A stretch of 64,000 bases of DNA from Octopus vulgaris (GCA_951406725.2 OX597830.1:27218001-27282000), one strand, 5' to 3'; numbered from the stretch's first letter, positions 1 to 13,206 are shown. Numbers and translations: made by a program. The notes: a model not told the origin generated them from the letters alone.

Positions 1-156
1 ATGACGCCAACCACTCTGAGTGTGTAGTGGGTGCTTTTACGTGCCACCGGCATGCGGGCCAGTCAGGCGGTACTGGCAATGGCCATGCTCAAATGGTGCT
101 TTTTATATGCCACCTGCACAGGAGCCAGTCCAGCGGCACTGGCAACGGCCTCGCTC

Positions 157-189
<33 letters not shown>

Positions 190-350
190 TATTATATGCG
201 TATATATATGTGTATATATATGCGTGTATATATATATATATAATTAAAATCACAATAAGGGTGAAAAAAATTGAATATTAATTAATAACATCAATTTAAA
301 ACACCAAGTGGCCTAGCGTAAAAAAACTGGGATACAGTAAAAATTATTAA

Positions 351-601
351 TACAAGTAATAAGAGAGAGACACATGTGGTCACTCTAACGCTAGAAATAG
401 ATCCGCAAAGGGAATCCACCACTAAAGAATTGTTCTCAAGCATTAATTCTATTTTTTCGTTATTTTTCATTTGTCCTGCCCGCTTACATTCTTGGCGTGT
501 TGAATTAATGCTTGAGAACAATTCTTTAGTGGTGGATTCCCTTTGCGGATCTATTTCTAGCGTTAGAGTGACCACATGTGGTCTCTCTCTTATTACTTGT
601 A
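351..601. repeat. ~99-bp-arm inverted repeat with ~52-nt spacer, flanked by (TA)n
   Basis: 351-449 is the near-perfect reverse complement of 502-601; this explains the identical N-termini of ORFs 291..575(-) and 376..723(+). Confidence 0.95.
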
Positions 602-655
602 TATATATATATATGTATGTATGTGTGTATATCTACGTGTGTGTGTGTATTTGTA

Positions 656-888
656 CAGAGTTGGTCAAAAGTCACCTGACAGTAAATCAAAACCATTTAA
701 TTCCAAGATTTATTTATGTTTAACAACTGAATGAATTTAATAAAAGCATCTAAATGTGAAACATCATGAATATTGTCCAAACTGAAGTCCTTCCTGAGCG
801 ACTCATTTTCCCATTCGAGTCAATACAGAATTCCAGAGAGTATTTATGGACTTTTGATTTACTGTCGGGTGACTTTTGGCCAACCCTG
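656..888. mobile_element. Tc1/mariner-type MITE
   Basis: TA|CAGAGTTGGTCAAAAGTCACC...GGTGACTTTTGGCCAACCCTG|TA; same TIR at 62417-62655. Confidence 0.85.
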
Positions 889-1007
889 TATATGTGATTA
901 TGAACATGATTCGTGACAGGCATATGCATTTGTGAATGTTTATTCCTACATGTCTTCACACTGGCATTTTTTGGATGAGATGATGATGATGATGATGACA
1001 TATATAT

Positions 1008-1168
1008 AGGTGCAGACGTGATTGTGTGGCAAGTAGCTTACTTACCAGCCACATGGTTCCGGATTCAGTCCCTCTGCGTGACACCTTGGGCAAGTGTCTT
1101 CTAACATAGCTTCGGGCAGACCAAATCCTTGTGAGTGGATTTGGTAGATGGAAACTGAAAGAAGCCCG

Positions 1169-1170
<2 letters not shown>
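1008..1170 (+). mobile_element. tRNA-derived SINE family A (head)
   Basis: A/B-box-like head ...CATGGTTCCGGATTCAGTCCC followed by CACCTTGGGCAAGTG; more than 10 copies in the window. Confidence 0.85.
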
Positions 1171-1234
<64 letters not shown>

Positions 1235-1235
1235 A

Positions 1236-2631
1236 TTGGGTCATCCCATAAATGATGCAGTTTTTTCAATTGTATGAACTTAAAGTCAGAGGGGGATGGG
1301 ATAAACTACTTGATCATCTTGCTATAAAAGCAGGTAGTAATTTTACCTTGTCCTTATTCTCAGTGCAAGTTTTGAAGAGTACAGTTTGATTTTAATAGTT
1401 ATTTTTTCAAAGCTATAATGGAATTGACAAAATAGCATATTCGGCATATTTTACTTTATGAGTTCAATTAAGGCAACAAGGCAACGGAATGTGCAAGGAA
1501 TATTAATGCAGTATTTGGGGATTGGACAATAAGCGTAAGCAAGTGTCAACAGTGGTTCCAGAAATTCTGAGCTGGAACTACGGCCTAGAAGACGAGCCTC
1601 GTCCTGGAAGATCTGTATAGCTTGACGAGGACATCCTGCAAAACCTGGTGGAACACAATCCCATCGTAACTGTTGAGGAACTAGGAGAGACGCTTGGATT
1701 TGATCATTCGACCGTTCATCGACACCTGCGTGCTATCGGAAAAGTCAGCAAATTGGGTCAATGTGTTCCTCACAAACATGTCCAGTCTAATCGCACGTAG
1801 TGATTGAATGTGTGTTCTTCTTTGCTCTCACGTCTCACGAATGAACCTCTTCTGGGCCGAATAGTGATTGTTTATGAGAAATGGGTTCTCTATAAAAATG
1901 TCAAGTGCCGAAGATAGTAGGTAGGGAAAGGAGAAACACTGGTACCTCAGGCTAAAGAAGGTCTTCACCCACGTAAGGTGTTGTTATCTGTTTGGTAGGA
2001 TTTGAAAGGATTTGAAAGGTTTTAAATCTTCAAGCCTACTAGATAGATGGAAGAGCATTGTAGAAAATGAAGGAGAGCATATTTTAGATTAAAAGAACTT
2101 TATTTTAATTTTGGAAAATAAAAATATGAAAAACCATATTATTTATGGGATGACCCAAAACAAGCGATAACAAAGGACACATACTGTGAGCAGCTTGAGC
2201 GGCTTAAGACAGCACTAGAAGAAAAACGACCGTCTTTAGTTTCAAGATGAAAGGTGTTCTTCCATGAGGATAATGCTCAGCCACATACAGTGAGGATGAC
2301 ATTCCAAAGGCTGGAGGAGTTTGAATGGGAACCGATGCCCCACTGAACATATTTTGCTGGACATTGTCCCATTTGATTATCACTTATTCTGCAATCTTCA
2401 AAATAATTTAGAGGGAAAAATATAAATTCTAGATGAGATCAGAACAGTACTGAAGGAGTATTTTTTGTTGCAGAAAAGTGAATTTTGGAAGAGGGGCTTT
2501 GCAAGCCTACTAGATAGATGGAAGAGCATTGTAGAAAATGAAGGAGAGCATATTTTAGATTAACAAAGAACTTAATCTTAATTTTGAAAAATAAAAGTAT
2601 GAGAAACCATATTATTTATGGGATGACCCAA
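1236..2631 (+). mobile_element. Decayed mariner (DD34D) transposon with TIRs and TA TSD
   Basis: TIR TTGGGTCATCCCATAAAT / ATTTATGGGATGACCCAA. Broken transposase from ATG 1418 with CVPHK (WVPHEL), RIVIVYEKW (RIVTGDEKW), EDNAQPH and DYHLF motifs; many stops. Confidence 0.93.
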
Positions 2632-3181
2632 TATATATTTATGTGTGTGTTTTTGTGTGTCCTACATTACCACTTGACAACCAGTATTGGTGTGTTTACA
2701 TCCTCATAACTTAGCAGTTCAACAAAAGATACTGATAAAATAAGTACTAAGCTTAAAAAAAAGTTCAGTTGGGCGATTTGTTCGACTAAAACTCCCCAAG
2801 GCTGTGCTCCAGCTAAAGAATAAAAAGTTTTGAATGGTAAAACAATGCACTATAATACAAACAACGGACTAATACATCTTATAGAAAGAGTAAATATAAG
2901 ATAAAACATATAACAATGATTAATTGTCTTATATTTAACCTTTCTATAAGATGTCATTTTTTAAATGGTATAATTTAATTTTTCATTGTTGAATTGATAA
3001 AACGTGGGTTTTTTTCTAATTTATATATATATATATATATATTATCATCATCATCATCATTTAACGTCCGTTTTCCGTGCTAGCATGAGTTGGTCGGAGG
3101 AGCACGGGTTGATTTGTTGAAATTTGATTTAGTATTTCTAAATTGAATTTTTCCATGTAAGTTTGGTATAATATTCCCTCA

Positions 3182-3227
<46 letters not shown>

Positions 3228-3391
3228 ATATATATATACACACACTCATGCACATGCTGTGGTTCCCCAAATTGAAGTATATATATATATATCCAGTCCA
3301 ATGACCAGGACTCCAAAAATGGGAGTAATTGTGGAAAGTTAAATTATATGTGGCTTTCAAATTCCCAAAAATGGCTGTTTACTTTTGAAAG

Positions 3392-3516
3392 GTGATGAAA
3401 TATCGCAGCTGATTGTCAAATACGTAGACAAAGAAACCTTGAACCCCTCTTCCAAGAAATGTCTCACGACTTTTGCCGAGAATTTGTCCACAATTCAAGA
3501 TTATCGGCAGGCTGAG
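3392..3516 (+). CDS. CIBAR1: FAM92/CIBAR BAR-domain protein, first visible coding exon (phase-1 start; upstream exons outside window)
   Basis: ttttgaaag|GT...GCTGAG|gtaaga. Encodes (G)DEISQLIVKYVDKETLNPSSKKCLTTFAENLSTIQDYRQAE, matching the FAM92 motif F...LQDYRQAE. In-frame TAA upstream at 3340. Confidence 0.9.
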
Positions 3517-3716
3517 GTAAGATGCATTTTTGATTTGTTTGTGGAAACATAATTTCCGTTATTGAAGATGTTGTAGTTGTTGTTGTTGTTATTTTGTGTC
3601 CAGCTATCTTCCTAGAAGGTTTATGGTCAAAGATGTTCCAGTTTTGTCTTTTCATACTCCATCTGGTACTATAATAGCCAATGCCTCCTCCTTCTCTTGA
3701 AATGGTTGGGTAGGAT

Positions 3717-4208
3717 TTAACCCTTTAACATTCAGATTCCTGTCTTAAGTGCAATGCTTATTTATTCATCATCATCATTTAATGTCCATCTTCCATGCTG
3801 GCATGGGTTGGACAGTTTGACAAGAGTAGGCAACCTAGAGGACTGCACCAAGCTCCACTGTTTTGGCAAGGCTTTTACAGCTGAATGCTCTTCCCAACAG
3901 CAACCACTTTACAGAGTGGACTAGGTGCTTTTTACACGGCCCAGCACCAGCGAGGTCTGTTTTGGCATAGTTTTCATGACTGGATGCTCTTCCAAATGCC
4001 AACCACTTAACAGTGTGGACTAAGTGCATTGTTTTCCATCAATCATATGTTATTTTGTAGCATCAAGGTTTCTATGATGCGATTGTTTATTTTTTTAAGA
4101 ATGACGTTGTAGGGTATGTGTGAGAGGCTGTACCTGGCCCACTAGAACATCAAACATGTAGGTAGAATATTTTGGCCAGATATGGCTAGTTTGAATGCTA
4201 AAGGGTTA
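3717..4208. mobile_element. piggyBac-type MITE interrupted by SINE C
   Basis: TTAA-CCC(C)TTTAACATTC...GAATGCTAAAGGG-TTA; homologous to 11497-11708 and 41305-41531. Confidence 0.7.
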
Positions 4209-4639
4209 GAGAAGATTATACTGCTATTTCTAGTGGATCAAGGAATTATATGTAAAATCCCTTGTTAAGTTTTGCTCATTGAAGCTCTCTATATGTCTCT
4301 GGAAGGGGACCTTGTAAGGTGATGAAATATTTAGTATTACAGTGTTTTTTGCTTATGTCACTGGAACATTCCACCTTGCAATACCGATTTACATCTTGGT
4401 GGAATGGCCAGTTTGAAACTTTGGCACTTTTGCCGAGGATATAGTTTAGCCCCAAAAGTATTAAATAAAATCAGGTTCTGACTCTTCAGCTGGTGGACCA
4501 ATACCTTTGCAACATGACTGGCTGCTAATGTCAAGAACGAAATATTTTATTTATTATATATATATATATACACATGCACATAGGCGCAGGAGTGGCTGAT
4601 CAACTGTCAGCTCCACCATGGCCACCACACATATACTTC

Positions 4640-5060
4640 ATCATCATCATCATTATCGTTTAACGTCCGTTCTCCATGCTAGCATGGGTTGGACGGTTCG
4701 ACCAGGGATCTGGGAAGCCAGAAGGCTGCACCAGGCTCCGGTCTTATCTGGCAATGTTTCTACAGCTGGATGCCCTTCCTAATGCCAACCACTCCATGAG
4801 TGTAGTGGGTGCTTTTTACGTGCCACATGCACTGGTGCCAGGCGAGGCTGGCATCGGCCACGGTCAGATTGGTGCATTTTACGTGCCACCTGCACGGAAG
4901 CCAGTTGAGGCGGCACTGGCTTCGGCCACGATTCGGATGGTGCTTTTTACATGCCACCGACACGGAAGCCAGTCGAGGCGGCGCTGGCATCGGCCACGAT
5001 TCGGATAGTGCTTTTTACGTATCTCCAGTCCAGGGGTCCTGGCATCTGCCGGGTGCCAAG
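4640..5060 (-). mobile_element. SINE family C ((ATG)n tail, internal ~63-bp tandem repeats)
   Basis: catcatc..tttaacgtccg..ccatgctagcatgggttggacgg then repeated GTGCTTTTTACGTGCCACC units. Also at 1-155, 7760-8210, 10080-10248, 27800-28066, 36905-37250. Confidence 0.75.
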
Positions 5061-5407
5061 AATTAAGTACTCTGTGTATGTAATAGAGTTTATTTGTATT
5101 CATATTTATTTAAAACTGTTAATTCACTTTGTAGTTGCTCATAGTTCCTCAAAGCTTGTGATCCTTCATCCAACAAAAATGAGTCATTTAATCACCTGAT
5201 TGATCATGTGATCGTATCGTTTTGATTGACATATTTCCATTTCACTTCCTCTTCTCACTTTGCCTAGTCATAAAAACTTCTTCAGCAATAAGGGTAACAT
5301 TCTGTTAACTAAACTCCCTAATATTTATGACAATTACAAAACAACTAACAACGTAACTCACCTAGCTTTAAAAAAAGTGATTTCCATTTACAAATTGTTG
5401 ATTTTAG

Positions 5408-5476
5408 GTGCAACGCCTTGATGCCAATGTCTTGAGACTTCTCTCTGATTATGGGCCCAAGTGTAAACAAAAGAAG
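5408..5476 (+). CDS. CIBAR1: FAM92/CIBAR exon (69 nt)
   Basis: attttag|GTG...AAG|gtaagc. VQRLDANVLRLLSDYGPKCKQKK aligns with FAM92A VERLEAKVVEPLKTYGTIVKMKR; phase 0-0. Confidence 0.92.
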
Positions 5477-5962
5477 GTAAGCTGTTCCCTAACTCCAATA
5501 AGCATCTCTGCACCCAAATCATTCCCTTTCTCTAATCATCTGTCACGATATTCTCACTCTAGCAAACTTACCAACCCGTTCACTTTTCCTGTTCCTCTGT
5601 TTCTCTATCCTATTCGTCTTCATATTTACTTTGTACCTTGACCTCACATCCCTGTCTGTCTGGCTGTCCATCTGTCTGTCTATGTCTCTCTTTCTCTCTC
5701 TTGTCAGCTACACACACCTGCTCCTGTCCCTTGAATTCTATACCCTTACTTAGTTGAGGGCTCTTGTCTTGTAAGTACTTAGTGGCCACACCAGTGCTGG
5801 TGCCACAAAAAAAGAAAAAAAGCACCTTGTACACATTGTGAAGTGGTTGATATTGGAACACAGCATAGCCCTCTAGCTCATCTGTTCATATTGAACTGTT
5901 CAACTCATTCTAGCATGGAAAAAGGTGATGAGCTGACAGAATCATTAGTGTGCTGTCAGCTG

Positions 5963-6180
5963 GTGGCGAGCTGGCAGAATCGTTAGCATGCCAGGCGAAA
6001 TGCTTAGCGGTATTTTGTCTGCCATTATGTTCTGAGTTCAAATTCCGCCGATGTCGACTTTGCCTTTCATCCCTTTGGGGTACCAGTTACGCACTGGTAT
6101 CGATATAATCGACTTAATCCATTTGTCTGTCCTTGTTTGTCCCCTCTATGTTTAGCCTCTTGTGGGCAGTAAAGACATAA
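5963..6180 (+). mobile_element. tRNA-derived SINE family B, nested in another B copy
   Basis: GGCGAGCTGGCAGAATCGTTAG...GAGTTCAAATTCCGCCGA..GACTTTGCCTTTCATCC. Host copy is split at gaatcattagtgtgctg, which is duplicated at 5938 and 6181. Confidence 0.8.
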
Positions 6181-6409
6181 GAATCATTAGTGTGCTGAAC
6201 AAAATGTTTAGCGATATTTCTTCTAGCTCTTTACAATCTGGAATTCAAATTCCATCAAGGTCAACTTTACCTTTCGTCCTTTTGGGGTCGGTAAAATTAA
6301 GTATCTGTCAAGTACTGGGGTCAATGTAATCGACTCAGCCTTAAATGATAATGGCGAAGACGATGATGATGATTGAATGAGTTCTAAATTAAAAACTGTC
6401 TTTATTCTT

Positions 6410-6623
6410 CTTTTATTCTTTTATTTGTTTGAGTCATTTGACTGTGGCCATGCTGGAGCGCTGCCTTTAGACGGGCAAATCGACCCCAGGACTTATTCTT
6501 TGTAAGCCTAGTACTTATTCTATCAGTCTCTTATGCCGAACCGCTAAGTTACAGGGACCACACCAGCATCGGTTGTCAAGCGATGTTGGGGGGACAAACA
6601 CAGATACACAAATATATGCACAC

Positions 6624-6673
<50 letters not shown>

Positions 6674-6858
6674 GTATATATGTATATATATACATATATA
6701 CGACAGGCTTCTTTTAGTTTCCGTCTACCAAATCCACTCACAAGGCTTTGGTCGGCCCAAGGCTATAGTAGAAGACACTTGCCCAAGGTGCCACGCAGTG
6801 GGACTGAACCCCGAACCATGTGGTTGGTAAGCAAGCTACTTACCACACAGCCACTCCT
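6410..6858 (-). mobile_element. SINE family A, full length with internal (TA)n/(CA)n
   Basis: Reverse complement of the 63677-64000 copy including the body and the AAAAGAAT tail. Confidence 0.88.
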
Positions 6859-8295
6859 GTTTCAATTAAATTTTTTCAAATTTAATTGAAACAGAGTCTG
6901 TGTATTTTAAAATGTCATGCAAAGGTTGATTGAGAAACAAGTAAGGGACAGTTATAAAAAGGGCATCTGATCATTGCCTGAATAAGTCTTTTCCAACTTA
7001 ATTTACTAGTTGTATATCTAATGCAGTAAGTATTAATCTGAATTGAATTAAAGAAATTCTTCCTCAGTCACTGTAGTTTGATAGTGGTGGTGGTGGTGAT
7101 TGTGGTGATTGTGGTGCTGGTTGAGTAATCTGAAGAGTTAGTGTTTAGTTCCAGTATCATGTCTTTAAGAAATTATGAAGTAAATTCCTCTTTCTCCCTC
7201 TCCCCACCATATGGGGATCAGTTGGTGATGTATTGAAAGAAACACTCCCAAATGATTTAGTGTGCCTTGGTGAACGGGTGCCCTTTATGTGTCACCGGCA
7301 CAGGTGACTTTTACCTGTCACTGGTATGGGTGCTGACTTCTTTTGGTTTTCATCTACCAAATCCACTCACAAAATTTTAGTCAGCTAGGGGTGCCCAAGG
7401 TGCCATGCAGTGGGACTGAACCCAGAATCCTGTGGTTGGGAAGCACACATTTTAGTCACACAGCCACTTCTATGTATGTATTCAGTGGTCCCCTCTAGTG
7501 TGATAATACTTGTCATCATCAAAACCACCACCACCACCGTCATTGGCTCAAATCCTCACTTCATACAAGTAAAGCAATTATATTCTGACATGTCCATAGC
7601 AATATAGAATATCATTACTTTGGTTGCCCTGCTACAAACCAAAGTAATATCCTAACTGGTTACCCCTTTTTTTATCATTCCATTTGTCTGCTTTCTGTTT
7701 ACTGATTTTTGGCTTATGCCAGTGTCACGTAACTGACCCTTCAATCATCAGGCAATATGCTGTGCTTGAGAAGACCTGTTGACTCAAGTTAAATTGTCAT
7801 GGCTGATGCCAGTACCGCCTGACTAGTACCTGTGCCGGTGGCATGTAAAAAGCACCATTTGAGTGTGGTTAATACCACTGCTTCCTGACTGACTCCTGTT
7901 CTGGTCGCATATAAAAAGCACCATTTGAGTGTGGTCAATGCCAGTGTTGCCTGAGTGGCTCCCATGCAAATGGCACATAAAATACACCATTTGAGTGTGG
8001 TTGATGCCAGTGCCACCTGACTGGCCCTCATGCCAGTGGCATGTAAAAAGCACCCACTACACTCTCAGAGTGGTTGGTGTTAGGAAGAGCATCCAGCTGT
8101 AGAAACCTTGCCAGATCAGACTGGAGCCTGGTGCAGCTTCCTGGCTTGACAGTTATCAGTCAAGCCGTCCAACCCATGCCAGCATGGAAAGCAGACGTTA
8201 AATGATGATAAGCATACATGTTTATTTAATATAATGCCCTGATAAGTTGAATTTAACATTGTCATCTTTTTATTAATGCAAGTGTTCATTAAATA

Positions 8296-8808
8296 CAAAG
8301 GGGTTCTGAAAAGTTCCTGGTTTGGGGTAGAAGAAAATACAGGAGGATCAGTTAATTATGATTTCATTCAACATATTCACACACTTATTGCAGCGGTCCT
8401 TCAATTTTTCTAAGCCCTGTAAAAAACCTTGGAAGGTTGAAACTTCAACCTGACTTTTCGCGACACCCTTAAAGCCAGGAACTTTCCAGCACCCCCTTGT
8501 ATAATTCACTCATTGCCAAGCCTCTTTTGCATTTCACTTATGTATGTGTTCATTCATATTTGCTGGTGTGATGATTATGATGGAACCCTTCCTACCCTGT
8601 GGAGAATAGGCCATTGACAACTTTCCACTGCTGTTCTTTACACTGCTTGACAATGAGGGAATTATACAAGGGGGTGCTGGAGAGTTCCTGGCTTTAAGGG
8701 TGTCGTGAAAAGCCAGGTTGAAGGCTCAGCCTTCCGAGGTTTTTTTACAGGGCTTAGAAAAATTGAAGGACCGTTGCAATAAGTGTGTGAATATGCTGAA
8801 TGAAATCA
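8296..8808. mobile_element. Two mariner-derived MITE copies in inverted orientation
   Basis: 8296-8499 (GGGGTTCTGAAAAGTTCCTGG...CCAGGAACTTTCCAGCACCCC) and an inverted partial copy at 8668-8808; third copy at 34490-34680. Confidence 0.8.
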
Positions 8809-10371
8809 TTTGAGTCTGTCTTTTCTGCTGCTGGTCAGTTGGATCCCTGCTTTTTCCATGCAGCTTCATTTCAGATTTTGTTACCCCTTGTTATATGTTT
8901 CCCAGAAGGAAGACCTTCCTGTCCCAAGTTGTGTTGGTTTTGAATTATCATCAATGCATGTGACTTTGCTTTTTTTTCTAGGTAAAGGTGTTGGTCTTAC
9001 ATGAACCCATTTTCACCTCTGGGAAGAGGTGTTCCATATTACTCTTGTCTCTATCCTTTGACCTGTCCAGCATGGGAAGCCCTATGAGGCTTGCATTCGG
9101 CTAGCATACTTCTCAAGTATGAGGCTTAGTGGTTAAGGTGTTGGACTCATGATTGTAAGATTGTTGTTTCGATTCCTGGACCGGGCATCATGTTGTGTTC
9201 TTGAGCAAAACACTTCATTTCACATTGCTCCTGTCCACTCAGCTGGCGAAAATGAATAATCATATGATTGACCAACGTCCCATCCAGGTGGGGAATTTAA
9301 ACGCCATGAAACTGTGAATCTGGCCTTATGAGTTGACATGACTTGAGAAAGTGGCAGTGGCATCAAACATACTCAAATGGTGCCTTTTACATGCCACCGG
9401 TGCAGGTGCTAGTCAGGTGGTGCAAGCCCCCACACTGCAATAAGGATTGATCTGTGTGACTATTCATGTTTGTTAATGTAACTGTTCATTAAATACACTA
9501 GCAAAAATGAATGTGCAAGCAATTAATATCTACCAGTCATTAATTTAATTGCTTGATCAGCTGGCCTCTTTCTCATCTTACCTGTATTTATTCACTCATT
9601 TTCATTAATGTAAGCATTCATTAAATGTAACACTTTAACTGGCCAGTCTCTTTCTTATCTCTGATGTCTGTCTGTCTGTTAATTTTTATTCATGTCAAAC
9701 CCTCATTAATTAAACAGCTTGATTGGCTTGGTTCTGTCTCATCTCACTTACATGTGTTTATGTATTTTTGTTAACGTATTCGTTAAATGTAATACGTTAA
9801 TTGGCTGGTCACATTTTCATCTTTCCATGTCTGTTCTTCAATTACATTAATGCAAAGCAATTGTTAATCATCAATAGCCTGATTGATTTGCTTCTCATCT
9901 AATTAGTGTATCCTTTTACTCATTTTCATCAACTTAAGTGTCCACTTAATGCAGAGGTCAGCAGATAAATTATGTCATTGATCTCTTTATGGCAATGTCG
10001 ATAACTTACTGACCTCCAGCATATAACATTGAATTTCTCTTTTGAAAGTAAAATTATGCTTCCCCTGTGCTTGTGACATGTAAAAAGCATTCTGTTCACT
10101 CTGTTGGGTGGTTGGTGTTAGGAAGGGCATCCAGCTGTAAAAACCATGCCAAAACAGACACAGAAGTTTGGTCAGCTCCTGTCAAACTGTCCACTCCATG
10201 CCAACATGGAAGGCAGACAGTTAAACAATGATGATAATGATGATGATGAATTAATAAAATATTTCTTGATTTAAAAACAATAATTTCTTTGTCCTTCTGT
10301 GTCATTACCACTTTTCGATAAGAACTATTTAACAAAATTTAATGAAAATACTGAACAGCCGCTCCTATGCG

Positions 10372-10533
10372 TAGGCGTAGGAGTGGCTATGTGGTAAGTA
10401 GCTTGCTTACCAACCACATAGTTCCAGGTTCAGTCCCACTGTGTGGCACCTTGGGCAAGTGTCTTCCACTATAGCCTCAGGCCTACAAAAGCCTTGTGAG
10501 TGGATTTTGATAGACAAAAATTGAAAGAAGCAT

Positions 10534-10586
<53 letters not shown>

Positions 10587-11027
10587 CTATGTGTGTCCCC
10601 CCAACCGATGCTGGTGTGTTTACGTCTCCGTAACTTAGTGGTTCGGTGAAAGAGGCCGATAGAATAAGTATTAGGCTTACAAAGAGCATATCGATCCTGG
10701 GATCAATATGCTCAACTAAAAGGCAGTGCTCCAGCATGGCCACAGTCAAATGACTGAAACAAGTAAAAGAATAAAATTGATAAAGAACAATAAAATTTCA
10801 GTCATATATTATTGTTATGTTCTTTTATTCTTTTACTAGTGTCAGTAATTTGACTGTGGCCATGCTGGAGCACCTCCTTAAAGGGTTTTAGTCAAACAAA
10901 TTGACCACGGAAGTTATTTTTTAAGCTTAGTACTTATTCTATCGGATACTTTGTGCTGAACTGCTTAGTTATTGAGGTGTAAACATATCAACACCTGTTG
11001 TCACATGGTGATGAGGTACAAACAAAG

Positions 11028-11059
<32 letters not shown>

Positions 11060-11066
11060 ATGTATG

Positions 11067-11129
<63 letters not shown>

Positions 11130-11284
11130 TTGATGGGCTTCTTTCAGTTTCTGTCTATCAAATCCATTCACAAGGCTTTGGGCAGCCCGAGGCTGTAGTA
11201 GAAGACACTTGCCCAAGGTGTCTCGCAGTGGGACTGAACCCAGAGCCATGTGGTTGGGAAGCTAGCTTCTTACCACACAGCCAT
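10372..11284. mobile_element. Two SINE A copies tail-to-tail (+ 10372-10775, - 10820-11284)
   Basis: Both match the family A head and body in opposite orientations. Confidence 0.85.
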
Positions 11285-11788
11285 TGGAACATTTCTTGTG
11301 AAGTATGCCTTTAGTTAGTACTAGTTAGTGAATCCATATTTGACCTGGAAAATAGTTTCTGCATTTGTCCAGAGTTAGTTTGCTAATAATTCAGCACCCT
11401 AAATGCTCAAAATCATTTTAGGTGTTTATTGATCCCTTGGATATCTCATAGGCTGCCTAGGGGTTCAGTACAAGCCACTTTGCTGATCCTTGCTTTAACC
11501 TTTTATAATTCAGATTGCTATGTCAAAGGTAATGTTTATTTAGTCATATTATTTTGAATTAATCATGCATTATCTTGTAGCTTTGAGATTTTGAATTTGT
11601 GATTGTTTATTTTTAGAATGACATTGTTGGGTAAGTCTGAGAGGCTAGATCTGGCTACTTTGAGCATAAAACAGATAGAGTATTTGGACCAGATATGTTA
11701 AAGGGATAATGTATTTACTCTCTGGTTGCAGGCTCCTTTCTCATTTCTTGATAAATTTCCAAATAATTTTGAAATTATTCATGTTTTT

Positions 11789-12600
11789 TTATTCATTTAC
11801 TAAAGGGACTTGTGAATATTTCACGGAATTAAACGTATTGGGTTATTTCTGAAAACATTATCGAAAAAGTCTTAAAGCGTAGCCTGTGTTGTGTCTGTAT
11901 GGAAAGATAGTTGCTCATCTGCTACTCATTGAAAAATGAACGAAATTGGAATACGATGATTACTTAAGGCATTTTATATATACACTTTATATACTTTATG
12001 CCCAATTTTATAAACTTACTACACAGCACTTGTAAAATAAATGTTCACTCTTATTTTTCTATTTTTCCCTTAAACAATTGCACTTATGCACATGTGTTAA
12101 GTGATAGGTGATTTAAAAAACTTAGTTCAATTAAAAAAAATACACTTTTCACTATCCAATCACCACCACCACCTCTATCATCTCTCTCTCTCCCTCCTCT
12201 GTCACCCTTTCTCTCTCCCTCCTCTGTCACCCTTTCTCTCTCACCTTCTCTCTCTCCCCTCTCTCTCTGCTTTTCTTTAACCTCATCATCAGAACATCAC
12301 CCCTCTGCTAAAATTATATTTTTAACTCTCCTCCTCTATACCATCACTACTTTCAACTAACTTTTTTAACCATGTGATGAATATTACATTCCCCCTACCT
12401 CTTGTCATGGATGCTTCTCTCTCCCTCTTTCTGTCTCACACTTTGCCTTATCCTCTTTTTCTTTCTCGTTTTCCTTTCTCTCCTCTTTTCCTTTAAATAA
12501 TCATCTGAAAGTTTTACAATTACCTTCCCTCTGCCTCACAACTCCCTCCCTCTTTTCTTTCTCTTTTTCTCTAATCATATGAAAGTGTTACTGATGGGCT
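11789..12600 (+). mobile_element. Non-autonomous Helitron/Helentron-like interspersed repeat
   Basis: Homologous to the inverted copy at ~44830-45496, which begins ACTAGCAAGACCCGTG with a subterminal hairpin. Right boundary approximate. Confidence 0.55.
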
Positions 12601-12669
12601 AAGTAACACAATGACAAGCAGAATTATCATAAGATTTATTTTTTACCTTTTATCCTCTCTTAATTGCAG

Positions 12670-12771
12670 AATGAATTAAAGACTTCATTCGCAGCTCAAG
12701 AGCGTGAAGGAAAGAAAAGACAAGAGATGAACAAATTACTCCTTCGAAGTCCCACCAATCAACATCAGATT
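12670..12771 (+). CDS. CIBAR1: FAM92/CIBAR exon (102 nt) ending at a U12-type donor
   Basis: ttgcag|AATGAA...CAGATT|gtatcctct. NELKTSFAAQEREGKKRQEMNKLLLRSPTNQHQI aligns with DDLKATLTARNREAKQLTQLERTRQRNPSDRHVI. Confidence 0.9.
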
Positions 12772-13206
12772 GTATCCTCTAAGGCAATGATATAAATTAT
12801 ATTCATCTTTTTTTTTATTTGATTATTTCATATTTTCTAATTTATCATTTTTAATTTCATTCAATTTTTTTTATTCAATTATTTGTTTATTATTTTTATT
12901 TAATTATTTATCATTTCCTGCATGAGGCATGAGTTGGGGTGGGTGGGGATATCTTTATTCTATTATTATTATTGTTATTTTTGTTGTGTCTTGGGAGAGT
13001 CATAGCACCAATAACACACACACGGGTTCAATTCCACTTCTTTACTATTGTTAGTCAATTAATTAAATATCTAACCAATTAGTTGATTGTTTTTTTAACT
13101 TGTTAGTTAAACATACAATTGTTATTATTATTATTATTATTATTAACCCTTGTGGTTAATAAAGCAATCATTATTATTATTATTGCTATTATTATTATTA
13201 TTATTA

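Noticed and set aside
291-723. Two ORFs with identical N-termini on opposite strands
   Set aside because: Artefact of the 351-601 inverted repeat.
6857-6894. Short AT-rich hairpin CTGTTTCAATTAAATTT..AAATTTAATTGAAACAG
   Set aside because: Real but short and isolated; no basis for calling a terminator or miRNA.
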